A DNA stretch of 64,000 bases from Microcoleus sp. (lineage in GTDB: Bacteria > Cyanobacteriota > Cyanobacteriia > Cyanobacteriales > Microcoleaceae). Below the pieces are notes generated by a model. The model had not been told where the DNA came from. It searched no databases and worked only from the letters and a program-made list of their open reading frames with translations. A program made the position numbers and the translations under genes. The stretch lies in assembly GCA_042408215.1 (NCBI GenBank), contig JAYFMW010000005.1:544001-608000 (forward strand), in the 5' to 3' direction. Positions 45,117 to 54,156 of the stretch are shown here, piece by piece. Position 1 is the stretch's first letter. Each line of letters starts with the position of its first letter.

Positions 45117-47417
45117 TCAATTTTTCAAGCGATAAAGCACTGATTCAGTCTTAAAATCTTTCCCAAAAACTGGTTCCAGCGGGCCCTCGGCACTTGTCAG
45201 CTTAGATAGAGCTTTTCTGGTATTTGCGTCTGTCGAATTCATGGGCCCGAATCCCACAATCCTAACTCTATTGTAGCGCAAGTTGTCAATCCATGCAGAA
45301 AGGCGATCGGCTCTAAAAGGCACATACAAAACTTGCCTATTCAAGTTTTTTCCATAAAAAAGGTAGCTACGATAACTTAAAAAGAATCCTATTATTTCAT
45401 CCGGTACTGTATTTTTGTCAATATATTCGTAAATACCGCGATACAGTTCTGTGCGAGCAACATCTCGCTGTTCCCTCCAATTACCAATTACGATCGATCC
45501 TATACAGACACCAATTATCACTATGTAACTGACTTTTTTTCTGGTTGAAAAGAGATTATTCAGCCATCCTAAGCCAGGATTTATTTTAAACAATATCCAA
45601 GCCAGCGTCATTGGCACAATATAAAATATCGATGGTATTAATATATCTGGCCAATAGGGGGCTAATATTTTTAGGACAGTCTGACTAGCTGCTACTGGAT
45701 TAGACTTAAAACTATCAATCAACGAACTCCCCCAAACAATACTATCTCCGGTAAAAGAAGCATTTCTAATAGTATCAAAAATTGTGTTGCTAGGAATTCC
45801 GCAAAGACTGCTAACCAAAACAAGTGTCACAACAACTGGATTGCGAGTTTTCAAGAGAGTTGCTGTAGCTGCGGCTGCGATGCCGAGTACGCTTAAAAAT
45901 GGAAATCCGTATCTGAGATTAAAACCGAGTAGAGGACTTATTTTACCGATCGACTCTCCCGCAGTACCGGAAGTATAAGGTGTAATTAGATACAGAATTC
46001 CTGTGCAGGCGAGCAGTACAGTCAGTATGATAGTATTTTCATTAATTATTTTAGTTTTACCTTTTGTGAAAGCAAGAGGTGCTGCTAATACCTGAAAGAC
46101 CAAAGCCATAAATGGCACTTGCAATCTAAGGATAATTTGCCAGCCGAGAGTTTTCCAGTGATCAATATTGCTAGGATTAAATTGAGCAGCTAAAGTGCTT
46201 TGCCAAATCTTGAAAAGCGGCGCAACTGGCGGCTTTTGTATCGAAGGTGTTGGCGGCTTTACCGGAGATGGTAATGGCTGTACAGGAGATGGTATGGTAA
46301 CTGGTTGTAAGGGAACTAGAATCTCTTTAGTGTCACCGACAGGATGATTGATGTGTAACAAGTTTCTGGTATACCAAAAACTTCCTAAAAGTAAGAAACA
46401 AGCTAGGCCGCACAGCAAGACTGGTTTGATAAAGTGGAGAATTCTAAATTGAGCTTGTGTGGATTTTTGATTAAATGCAAATCTTTTAATTTCTAATATT
46501 GCTAATCCTCCTAACAGTGATGCTGCATAGACTAAGCCGGTGATTTTGATTCCTGCTAGCATTCCCGTGGATGCCAAAAATAGGGATAGTTCGGATAATT
46601 CACGGCTTTTATAATAAGATAAACCCCAGTACAAAGCAACTGTAAATATTGCAGCCAGGGGTAAGTCTGGGTGCATCGTGTTAACCTGATTGAGCATCAT
46701 TGGCACTGTCAATACTAAAGATGACGCTGCCATGCCGTGAATTCTAGTTGCTCCAAATTTAATGCTCAAAAGATAGACTGAAATTCCTTCAATTACCCAG
46801 GCTATTAGCAGGGGAAAAGCTGTGAGAAAATCTTCTCTGAATGGGATTAAACATAAGGCCGATAAAACGTGCCAATTGTAAGGATATACTCTAGCTTGTT
46901 CGTGATCGAAAATCCAATTTCCAGCGGCATCTAATAAAGTCAATGAACCTGTTTGATACCATCTCGCAATTACAGGGAGATGAAACCACAATGAGTCATA
47001 ATTTGTTGTGGGTTTAGTGGCTAGATTTCCCAATAGCAGAAGTCCCACCAAAGCGACAGAAATAATAATTAGCAATTCCGATTTATTCAGAGGTTGCTTG
47101 AGTTGGGGGATTGGCCAATTTAAGGAGGAAATATCGCGGATTTTTTTGTAGTAAATTCGGATTGAGGCGATCGCAAAAATTAGGATTTCTGCTAAAATAA
47201 TAGCATAAATATTTAGGCGATCGCAACTTCCTAAAATTAAGCCCGTAGAGACTTGTACAATCGTCCAAGTTGTGAGGAGTACGAGGAGAAAATGGGCAAA
47301 TGAATAGTTATTGTTTTCTTGATGATTCCCGAAGGCAAGAGATAAACACAGGGGAATCGGGCCGATTAAAATAATCAGAAATAAGCTGAATTCCCACAGG
47401 TGTTGCGCGATTAGCAT
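45117..47417 (-). CDS. Polytopic membrane protein, probably GT-C type glycosyltransferase
   Basis: More than 12 TM segments; YDSLWFHLP, YPYN, GIK.TG, FWY.RN and LRYGFP motifs. Confidence 0.65.
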   Translation of the reverse strand: MLIAQHLWEFSLFLIILIGPIPLCLSLAFGNHQENNNYSFAHFLLVLLTTWTIVQVSTGLILGSCDRLNIYAIILAEILIFAIASIRIYYKKIRDISSLNWPIPQLKQPLNKSELLIIISVALVGLLLLGNLATKPTTNYDSLWFHLPVIARWYQTGSLTLLDAAGNWIFDHEQARVYPYNWHVLSALCLIPFREDFLTAFPLLIAWVIEGISVYLLSIKFGATRIHGMAASSLVLTVPMMLNQVNTMHPDLPLAAIFTVALYWGLSYYKSRELSELSLFLASTGMLAGIKITGLVYAASLLGGLAILEIKRFAFNQKSTQAQFRILHFIKPVLLCGLACFLLLGSFWYTRNLLHINHPVGDTKEILVPLQPVTIPSPVQPLPSPVKPPTPSIQKPPVAPLFKIWQSTLAAQFNPSNIDHWKTLGWQIILRLQVPFMALVFQVLAAPLAFTKGKTKIINENTIILTVLLACTGILYLITPYTSGTAGESIGKISPLLGFNLRYGFPFLSVLGIAAAATATLLKTRNPVVVTLVLVSSLCGIPSNTIFDTIRNASFTGDSIVWGSSLIDSFKSNPVAASQTVLKILAPYWPDILIPSIFYIVPMTLAWILFKINPGLGWLNNLFSTRKKVSYIVIIGVCIGSIVIGNWREQRDVARTELYRGIYEYIDKNTVPDEIIGFFLSYRSYLFYGKNLNRQVLYVPFRADRLSAWIDNLRYNRVRIVGFGPMNSTDANTRKALSKLTSAEGPLEPVFGKDFKTESVLYRLKN

Positions 47418-47577
47418 AAGCTATAGAAGAAGGAAGAAGGAAGTTCGGCAACGGATTATGTAACGGATTTAACGGATTTAATGCTCGTTCCTAGGCTCTG
47501 CTAGATATGCGTTACTAGGCACGAGGCAGAGTCTGTGAAGGAGGACGAGGGAGGACGATCGCGAAAATCTCCTGTTT

Positions 47578-49632
47578 TTACCTGCTAGCTTGCTTCTGGG
47601 TTTTGGGTTTGGTAACTTGGTTGTTTTTCGGCTGAGCAATCTCAGCTTTTAACAGTTCGGGGAATGGTGGCTGGAGGTTGTGAACTTCGATATCCATTCC
47701 CACGGGTAGAGGGGGAAGTTGGGGAAGATCGTTTTCTAAATCTTTGAGTCCCTTAACGTCTTTTGCTGCCATGATTTCGGGCAGTTGCGGTATTTTAGCG
47801 GTTTCCAAAGTGCCGAGCATTTTTGCTAGAGCAAATTCTAGCTGAGAGCCTGGGTCGATCGCCACCCAACCCCGGTCAGTCATTTGCCGGATCTCGAAGT
47901 GGAGGTGAGGCCCAGTGGACATTCCCGTATTACCGACGCGGCCGATGGTGTCTCCCTGTTTCACCCATTCTCCGGGTTTGACAAATAGTTCGGAAAGGTG
48001 TCCGTAGAGGGTTTCCTGAGACTGTTTATTATGATTGAGAACTACTGTCAAACCGTAACCGCCTAACCAATCTGCGATCGCCACTTGACCGGCATAAGCA
48101 GCTAGCACAGGCGTCCCCAAGTCGGCTCCTAAGTCAGTGCCGGTGTGAAACCTCCCGTAGCCCATCACTGGATGAGTCCGCCAACCAAAGGGCGAAGTAA
48201 TTGCCGACGCAATGGATAGGGGAAATAGCAGGCTGGTGTTGCCATTGCCGACTCTGCCAGCAGGACGTGGTGTGAGATTGTAGTAAGCAAAACCAGTATT
48301 GCTGCCACTGCTGACACTAATTGGGCCGACACTAATCGGGCCGAGTCCCATGCTGGGCGCGGGTGCTGGGCTGCCGCCCCCATAATATGCAGCGTCGGCA
48401 TAATAACCAGCGTCGGCGGAGTTGCCGGGGTTAGCGAAGTCGGCGGAGTTGGCCTGTTGAAGCTGCTTTCCGTAGACAGATTCTGGTGGCGGGTTTCCAG
48501 GCCCCCAAAGCTGACTGCCTATTTGTTGAACGGCTTCACCGACAGTACCAACAATGTTCCCGGCAGTATTTCCGGCAGTATTTCCGCCACTATTTCCGGC
48601 CGTATTCCAGCCCCTATTTCCGCCACTATTTCCGCCACTATTTCCGCCACTATTTCCGGCAGTATTTCCGGCAGTATTCCAGCCCCTATGCTCGGCACTA
48701 TGCTCGGCACTATTTCCGGCAGTATTCCAGCCCCTATGCTCGGCACTATTCTCGGCAGTATTTCCGGCACTATTCCAGCCCCTATGCTCGGCACTATTCT
48801 CGGCAGTATTTCCGGCAGTATTTCCGGCACTATTCTCGGCACTATTCCCAGGAGGAGGGGTAGCTATGTAGGGCTCGTCTGCGATCGGATTTTGAGGGTC
48901 TCCGTTGCCTCCTTCGGCATCTGCTGTCATCGGCTCTTGGGCATCAGAATACCCGCACAGGTCTCCTACTCCTTGTCCTGATGTCACAGTACCTTGGCAG
49001 CCGGTCGATCGTTCGGCAAACTCTATTGCTGTGGGCGATTCATAGCCGTTGGTAGCCCCTAGGCTGTAGTCTGTGTTGTCGATGTAAGCGTTGGCGGGGT
49101 TAATTGGCGCTTCAAAAGGAGGTTCCTGGGCCGTCGGTTCTGGCAGGGGAATCAGTGCGGGTTCTGGCAAATAATCTGGGGCCGGGGGGTGGTCGGTGGC
49201 CTGGGGTTCTGGAACGTATGCCGGTGCGGGGGCTAGTTCGATATAGGTAGATTGTTCCGGAATTTCGGCTGATGGTTCGACGTAGGGTTCTGGCTCCGCG
49301 ACAGGGGGTGGTGCCTCTTGGAAGGGATCGGGTTCTGGGGCTGGGGGCGGGGCTTCAAATGCTGCCTGGGGTTCTGGTTCGGCGGGGGGCGGGGCTTCAA
49401 ATGCTGCCTGGGGTTCTGGTTCGGCGGGGATGGTTAGTTCTGCTAGGGGTGTTTCGGTTTGTGCCCAAACTAGGCCGTGGCTCAGCAGTCCCAGACTGGT
49501 AAAGCAACTCAGTCCCACCAGCAGAGTGCGATCGGACAAAAGGCGTCCTCTTGTCCGGGCGCTTGTAGGCTGCTTTTTTTGCTCTTTGGTGTTCAAATCG
49601 GCTGTTTTTTGCTTGTCTGTGACTGGTTTCAC
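47578..49632 (-). CDS. M23 family metallopeptidase with Pro-rich and repeat linker
   Basis: ITSPFGWR.HP, HTGTD, YGHLS and STGPHLHFE motifs. Confidence 0.93.
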   Translation of the reverse strand: MKPVTDKQKTADLNTKEQKKQPTSARTRGRLLSDRTLLVGLSCFTSLGLLSHGLVWAQTETPLAELTIPAEPEPQAAFEAPPPAEPEPQAAFEAPPPAPEPDPFQEAPPPVAEPEPYVEPSAEIPEQSTYIELAPAPAYVPEPQATDHPPAPDYLPEPALIPLPEPTAQEPPFEAPINPANAYIDNTDYSLGATNGYESPTAIEFAERSTGCQGTVTSGQGVGDLCGYSDAQEPMTADAEGGNGDPQNPIADEPYIATPPPGNSAENSAGNTAGNTAENSAEHRGWNSAGNTAENSAEHRGWNTAGNSAEHSAEHRGWNTAGNTAGNSGGNSGGNSGGNRGWNTAGNSGGNTAGNTAGNIVGTVGEAVQQIGSQLWGPGNPPPESVYGKQLQQANSADFANPGNSADAGYYADAAYYGGGSPAPAPSMGLGPISVGPISVSSGSNTGFAYYNLTPRPAGRVGNGNTSLLFPLSIASAITSPFGWRTHPVMGYGRFHTGTDLGADLGTPVLAAYAGQVAIADWLGGYGLTVVLNHNKQSQETLYGHLSELFVKPGEWVKQGDTIGRVGNTGMSTGPHLHFEIRQMTDRGWVAIDPGSQLEFALAKMLGTLETAKIPQLPEIMAAKDVKGLKDLENDLPQLPPLPVGMDIEVHNLQPPFPELLKAEIAQPKNNQVTKPKTQKQASR
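48558..48848 (-). repeat. 12-bp coding tandem repeats (GNTA/GNSG/ENSA/EHRGW variants) in the M23 linker
   Basis: tatttccggcag / tatttccgccac / tattccagcccc units. Confidence 0.9.
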
Positions 49633-49959
49633 GATTTTTTTTTCCCGAACTCTACAGGGGGCGCAAGGAGGTTGAAGCCTCGATCGAATGTATTGGAATC
49701 CTTGTATTTATACAGCCCAAATTGATTGTACCGGATTGACACTCTGGGATCTTTCATAGACTGAGATTCTTGAATGGACTAGAATCTGATCTTCAAAGGC
49801 GCTGTCAAGAGGCCTCTACACGCTCAAAACAACTACCATTACCAGAGGTATTGCAATTGGGCTTACTTTTAATTCAGTTGTGCGGTTAAATTTGGTTGGC
49901 AAAACTGTTCAATGTTTAGAATACAACGCAAGTGACTCGGTTGGGGAAGGATGGATTGA

Positions 49960-50847
49960 ATGAGTTTAGCTGACGATCGCTCGACCAATTTTCCGGACTC
50001 TGAATCCGTTGGACTATCAGATGGTGTTACTTGGCAGTGGCAAAGTTGGGAAGGCTTGCCTTATCTGACTTGTAGCTTGCTTTCGATGTGCTCTCATGGC
50101 TTTTTTACTCAGGATTTTTCGCCCCGTGGGCCGATCGACTTGACGGATGTTCTCTCCCCCGGATCGCCGGTTTACCGCCTCCAGCAGGTGCATGGCAATG
50201 CTGTACTCAACACTGGTGTGGTACTGCCTGTTTCTGCTAGTTCTCCAGGCCCGGAAACTGCTGCTGAAAGTTATGCCTCAGCTGATGGCTTGGTGACTCA
50301 GTGTCCGTTTGAGGCGGTGTGGGTTTGTACGGCGGATTGTGTGCCGGTGCTGATTGCTGACGATCGCACTCTCCAAGTCGCCGCAGTTCACGCTGGTTGG
50401 CGCGGGACTGCTGCTAAGATCTTGCCAGAGGCGATCGCTCAACTTGTGGCACAAGGCAGTAAAAGAGAAAATCTGAGGATTGCTATGGGGCCGGCGATCG
50501 CTGGAGAGGTTTACCAGGTATCTGTGGAAGTGGCAGCGGAACTAGGGGCTACTGTTGCTCCTGAAGCTGCTGTTAGTACCGCAGCCGACATTCTGGAGTT
50601 TTTGCACCAACTGCCCGAAACGCCTGTATTTGCCGATCCAGAGCCGGGAAAGGTACGCTTGGACGTTCGTCGCTTGAATGCTCTGCAATTGCAGCAGTTG
50701 GGAATTAGTCTTTCTCAAGTGGCGATCGCTCCTTACTGTACTTATTCTGATTCGGCTCGCTTTTTTTCCTACCGTCGCGATCGACTCAAAAAAGTCCAAT
50801 GGTCAGGAATTGTGAGCGGCGGCGGGACAAGTCCCTCACGGGGGTAG
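49960..50847 (+). CDS. pgeF: Peptidoglycan editing factor PgeF (YfiH/laccase-domain)
   Basis: QVHG, ADG, TADCVPVL, HAGWRG and FFSYRR motifs. Confidence 0.93.
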   Translation: MSLADDRSTNFPDSESVGLSDGVTWQWQSWEGLPYLTCSLLSMCSHGFFTQDFSPRGPIDLTDVLSPGSPVYRLQQVHGNAVLNTGVVLPVSASSPGPETAAESYASADGLVTQCPFEAVWVCTADCVPVLIADDRTLQVAAVHAGWRGTAAKILPEAIAQLVAQGSKRENLRIAMGPAIAGEVYQVSVEVAAELGATVAPEAAVSTAADILEFLHQLPETPVFADPEPGKVRLDVRRLNALQLQQLGISLSQVAIAPYCTYSDSARFFSYRRDRLKKVQWSGIVSGGGTSPSRG

Positions 50848-51256
50848 AAGGCAAAAGTCAGAAGGCAGAATTTTAGATTACCAAGTTAAAAATCAAAATC
50901 TTTGTATTCATGTTTTTTTCTTGACTTCTACCTTCTGTCTTTTGCCCTCAGATTGGAATTTTCATGAGTATGTGCAAAGGTTTGCTGGTTCCTAGCCCAA
51001 AGCACTAAAAACTAGCAGCTAAACTTTTGGGACAGCGGCGATCGCCCCCGCCCCGCTTTCCTCTGTTGTTAAGATTGCCCTATAACGCCTCGCGCGATCG
51101 CCCGGTCTTTCCTGCAGGGGATGAAACGCAGTTGCAGCCTTTAGGCTGCAACTATTCTGTGTTAAACTTGAATTATGCCGAACAAGTTTATCAACTACGT
51201 GATGAATTATCCTAGTGCGGTGAAATCCCGACCAGTAAGACACTGCCAGCTTTGAC

Positions 51257-51595
51257 CGAGAAAATGGGATGCAAGCCCCGTCCTTTTAGGACGGCTTTAT
51301 GCTATAGTTTAATTGGTTGAAATCCCCACCTAAGATTGCAGCGATATATACTCATCTTGAGTTGAAACCGGGACTGATCCAGTAATAGGGAAAGACTGAA
51401 GGGCAATGGTTAAAATCCAACCTGGAAGCAAAACAAAGTATTGTTAATGTTTTTTAAACAAAACGATACATATAGTCGGGATAGGGCATTGCCACGACTT
51501 AAAATGAACATGGAGGCGCTCGTAAGACTACTTCGGTAGCATTGGTCGATGAAGTGTTAAGAATCCTCTCGCCTTTAGGCAGGGGAGTATGTCAA
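51257..51595 (+). mobile_element. Non-autonomous IS605-type element retaining a TnpB omega-RNA-like right end
   Basis: Preceded by TTGAC; left hairpin aagccccgtccttttaggacggcttt; right end gaatcctctcgcctttaggcaggggagtatgTCAA; no ORF. Confidence 0.75.
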
Positions 51596-51661
51596 TGAGT
51601 AAGACTAGGCACTGGTAAACAAAGGCAGGAGCAGGAGCGTACCTCATTGGCTACTGTTGAT

Positions 51662-51816
51662 GCCAGGGGAACGAAAGCATAAAACAAAAGTAAAAGTAAG
51701 CGCCATCACGGCATCGAAAGATAGTTGTTTTGAGCGTCTAGAGGTGTCTTGATAGCACCATTAAGAGTGTCAAAGCTTCTTAAGAATCCCCGTACCACCC
51801 GGTCGGGGAGTATCAA
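51662..51816 (+). mobile_element. Second non-autonomous IS605-type/TnpB omega-RNA element
   Basis: Preceded by TTGAT; ends aagaatccccg...cggggagtaTCAA; no ORF. Confidence 0.7.
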
Positions 51817-51843
51817 AATGAGAGTCTCCAGCGGGTTAGTAAA

Positions 51844-52342
51844 GTCAGTAACTCAGGTCTAAATACGCGCTCGCTTGCCAGAGTAATATCAAAACAAGCT
51901 GTACTGACCAGACCCCTCGTAAGAGGAGCCGTTATTTGAGTCAAGACACCTGGAAATGCGACGCTAGTTTCCCGCTCTGTCGCTTGCAATTAAACAGTCT
52001 TAAAGTCACGCTCGGCAGTGTTGCAAGCATAACAAGCTCGGATAACCAGGTCGAAGCGAACATTACCCCTCTCATGGAGGCTCTCGAAGAGCAAATCATT
52101 ATGCGTACAGGATTGCAGAGTTTGAAGTGGTAACTGTCGAGCTTGAAAGTGCATTACAACACTTCGACACTTCGACTACGCGAGCGTGCGACGCTTCGCG
52201 AGGGTGACCGACCGAATCAAGCAATCCCCGTGTAATGGTCACGGCGGTTGAAACCGCCCGTGCGATGCCCTTCCTCGTAGCCGAAGGGTCATTTCCCACG
52301 AGCGGTTTCAACCGCTGAGTTTCCCACTTACGGAGCTTTTTT
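51844..52342 (+). mobile_element. Non-autonomous IscB-type element: HEARO/omega-RNA (51844-~52075) plus right end, iscB deleted
   Basis: GTCAGTAAC...TACTGACCAG, aatgc.acgctagtt, attaaacag and gtcgaagcgaacattacc motifs; residual ATGCGT at 52101; gcggttgaaaccgc hairpins; followed by ATGA. Confidence 0.75.
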
Positions 52343-52954
52343 ATGAGTGAGCCAACTCCCTATCAACTGCTTGAAGTCGATGAAGATGCTTCCTTTGATG
52401 AAGTACAAGAGGCACGTACTCGTCTGACCGAGCAGTACACCGGCGATCGGAAACGTTTAGAATCGATCGAAGCTGCTTATGATGCGATCCTCATGGACCG
52501 CTTGCGACAGCGACAGGAAGGTAAAATTAAAGTCCCCGAACGCATCCGCTTTCCAGAGCGCCTGGCTCCTTCGCCAGCCAGCTTTACTCCGGCTCCTCCA
52601 TCTGGGAGCCCGGCTTGGCTGCAACGGCTCATCGATACTCCGAGTCGATCGGATATTTTGTGGCCTGCTGGCGTGTATGCGAGCTTGGGCGGACTAAGTA
52701 TTTATCCAGCAGCTAATGATTCTCTACTACAGTTGACTCTGGCTCTGGGGGTCGGCTGTTGTCTTTATTTTGTTAATCGCAAGGAACAAAAATTTGGTCG
52801 GGCTGTGCTGCTGACTGTGGCTGGCTTGGTTATTGGCTTGGTGCTGGGAGGCCTTTTGGGTTCTTTGGTTAGTCCGGCATTTATAACAACAGAGAAATTT
52901 ATCGCTTTGTTTACGTTTTTTATTCTGTGGTTGGTAAGCTGTTTTCTGCGATAG
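52343..52954 (+). CDS. CPP1-like (J-like domain + TM) protein
   Basis: PYQLLEV.EDASFDEVQ.AR...IEAAYDAILMDRLRQRQEGKI. Confidence 0.88.
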   Translation: MSEPTPYQLLEVDEDASFDEVQEARTRLTEQYTGDRKRLESIEAAYDAILMDRLRQRQEGKIKVPERIRFPERLAPSPASFTPAPPSGSPAWLQRLIDTPSRSDILWPAGVYASLGGLSIYPAANDSLLQLTLALGVGCCLYFVNRKEQKFGRAVLLTVAGLVIGLVLGGLLGSLVSPAFITTEKFIALFTFFILWLVSCFLR

Positions 52955-53272
52955 TCAATAGTTATTAGTTATTAGTTATTAGTTATTAGTTACTGGTTGG
53001 TTGTTGGTTCGTCGGAGTTTTTAGCTGTTATTTATTAATTGTTGGTTAGTCGGAGTTTTTAGGTGTTATTCGTTAGTTGTTGATTGTTACCAATAACCAA
53101 TAACCAATAACCAATAACCAATAACCAATAACCAATAACCAATAACCAATAACCAATAACCAATAATCAATGACCAATAACTAATAACTAATGACTACTG
53201 ACCAATGACTAATAACCAATGACTAATGACTACTGACCAATGACTAATGACTACTGACCAATGACTACTGAC
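52955..53272. repeat. STRR heptamer arrays (TAGTTAT, ACCAATA, ACTAATG/ACTACTG) between convergent genes
   Basis: Direct reading. Confidence 0.9.
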
Positions 53273-53955
53273 TAATGACTATCTAGAATGATCTCAACTG
53301 CTTCGTCCAAATTGTTGGCGATTAAATCGGGTTGGTACTTGCCTAGTTGGGTGCGATCGCGAATCCCGCACAAAACACCAATTACCTTGACACCGTGCGT
53401 TTTAGCTGCTATAATATCTGCCTCCGTATCCCCCACCATCCAAATCTCAGAAGCTGATGGCAGTTCAGTCAGAGCTTTGGCCATCAGCAGGGGCTTGTCT
53501 TTGACATCCCCGGTTTTGACGTAATCGTTGGGGAGACAATAGCGACGGTTTTCTGGGAAAAATTCCCCTAAATTGCAGCGGTTGAAGGCTTCGTCAAGTT
53601 CCCGAACACGGCGCATGGTCATGACCACTAAGTCTACTCCAGCGCGCTGCACCTTTTCTAGGGTTTCCACCGCGCCGGAGGCTGGTCGATCGTAAATCAG
53701 GTAAGGTAGCGTGTGGACGGTTTGACGGCGTTTTTCGGCAAATTCCCTGGATTGGGCTGCATCTAATCCTGAGAGGATGCCGATTTCGGTTTCGGGAACG
53801 CGCGCGCGCTTCATTTGCCAAAACTCGGCTTTGGGGAGTACGCGCACTTTTTGGTCTGAACGTTGAGTCTCCGTCAGACAGTGCTCGTAAACTCGGTAAT
53901 AGCGATCGGACACATCCATTATGGGCCCGTCAAAGTCTGTAATCAGTCTCAGCAT
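53272..53955 (-). CDS. HAD family hydrolase
   Basis: MLRLITDFDGP, K.P and MVGDTEADI motifs. Confidence 0.92.
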   Translation of the reverse strand: MLRLITDFDGPIMDVSDRYYRVYEHCLTETQRSDQKVRVLPKAEFWQMKRARVPETEIGILSGLDAAQSREFAEKRRQTVHTLPYLIYDRPASGAVETLEKVQRAGVDLVVMTMRRVRELDEAFNRCNLGEFFPENRRYCLPNDYVKTGDVKDKPLLMAKALTELPSASEIWMVGDTEADIIAAKTHGVKVIGVLCGIRDRTQLGKYQPDLIANNLDEAVEIILDSH

Positions 53956-54156
53956 TGAGCAGAGTATTGTTAAGATTTTATACAAATTGTTCTCTACTGT
54001 ATCACTTAAAAGGTAACAGCTCAAGATCCAAAAATTGACACAATAGCCTTGGGAAAGATAAATTAGCCAGCAGTAACAGTTGCTTTCACCCACGAGGAGT
54101 AAAAACCCTGATGCTAAAATAGCAGTCAAATAACAACTAACTTGATCTGCTAACCT

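Noticed and set aside
48457..48981. Plus-strand repetitive ORFs opposite the M23 gene
   Set aside because: Artefacts of the 12-bp repeats.
51316..51370. GTTGAAAT/GTTGAAAC motifs resembling CRISPR repeat ends
   Set aside because: Only 7-8 bp are shared; there is no full repeat-spacer structure.
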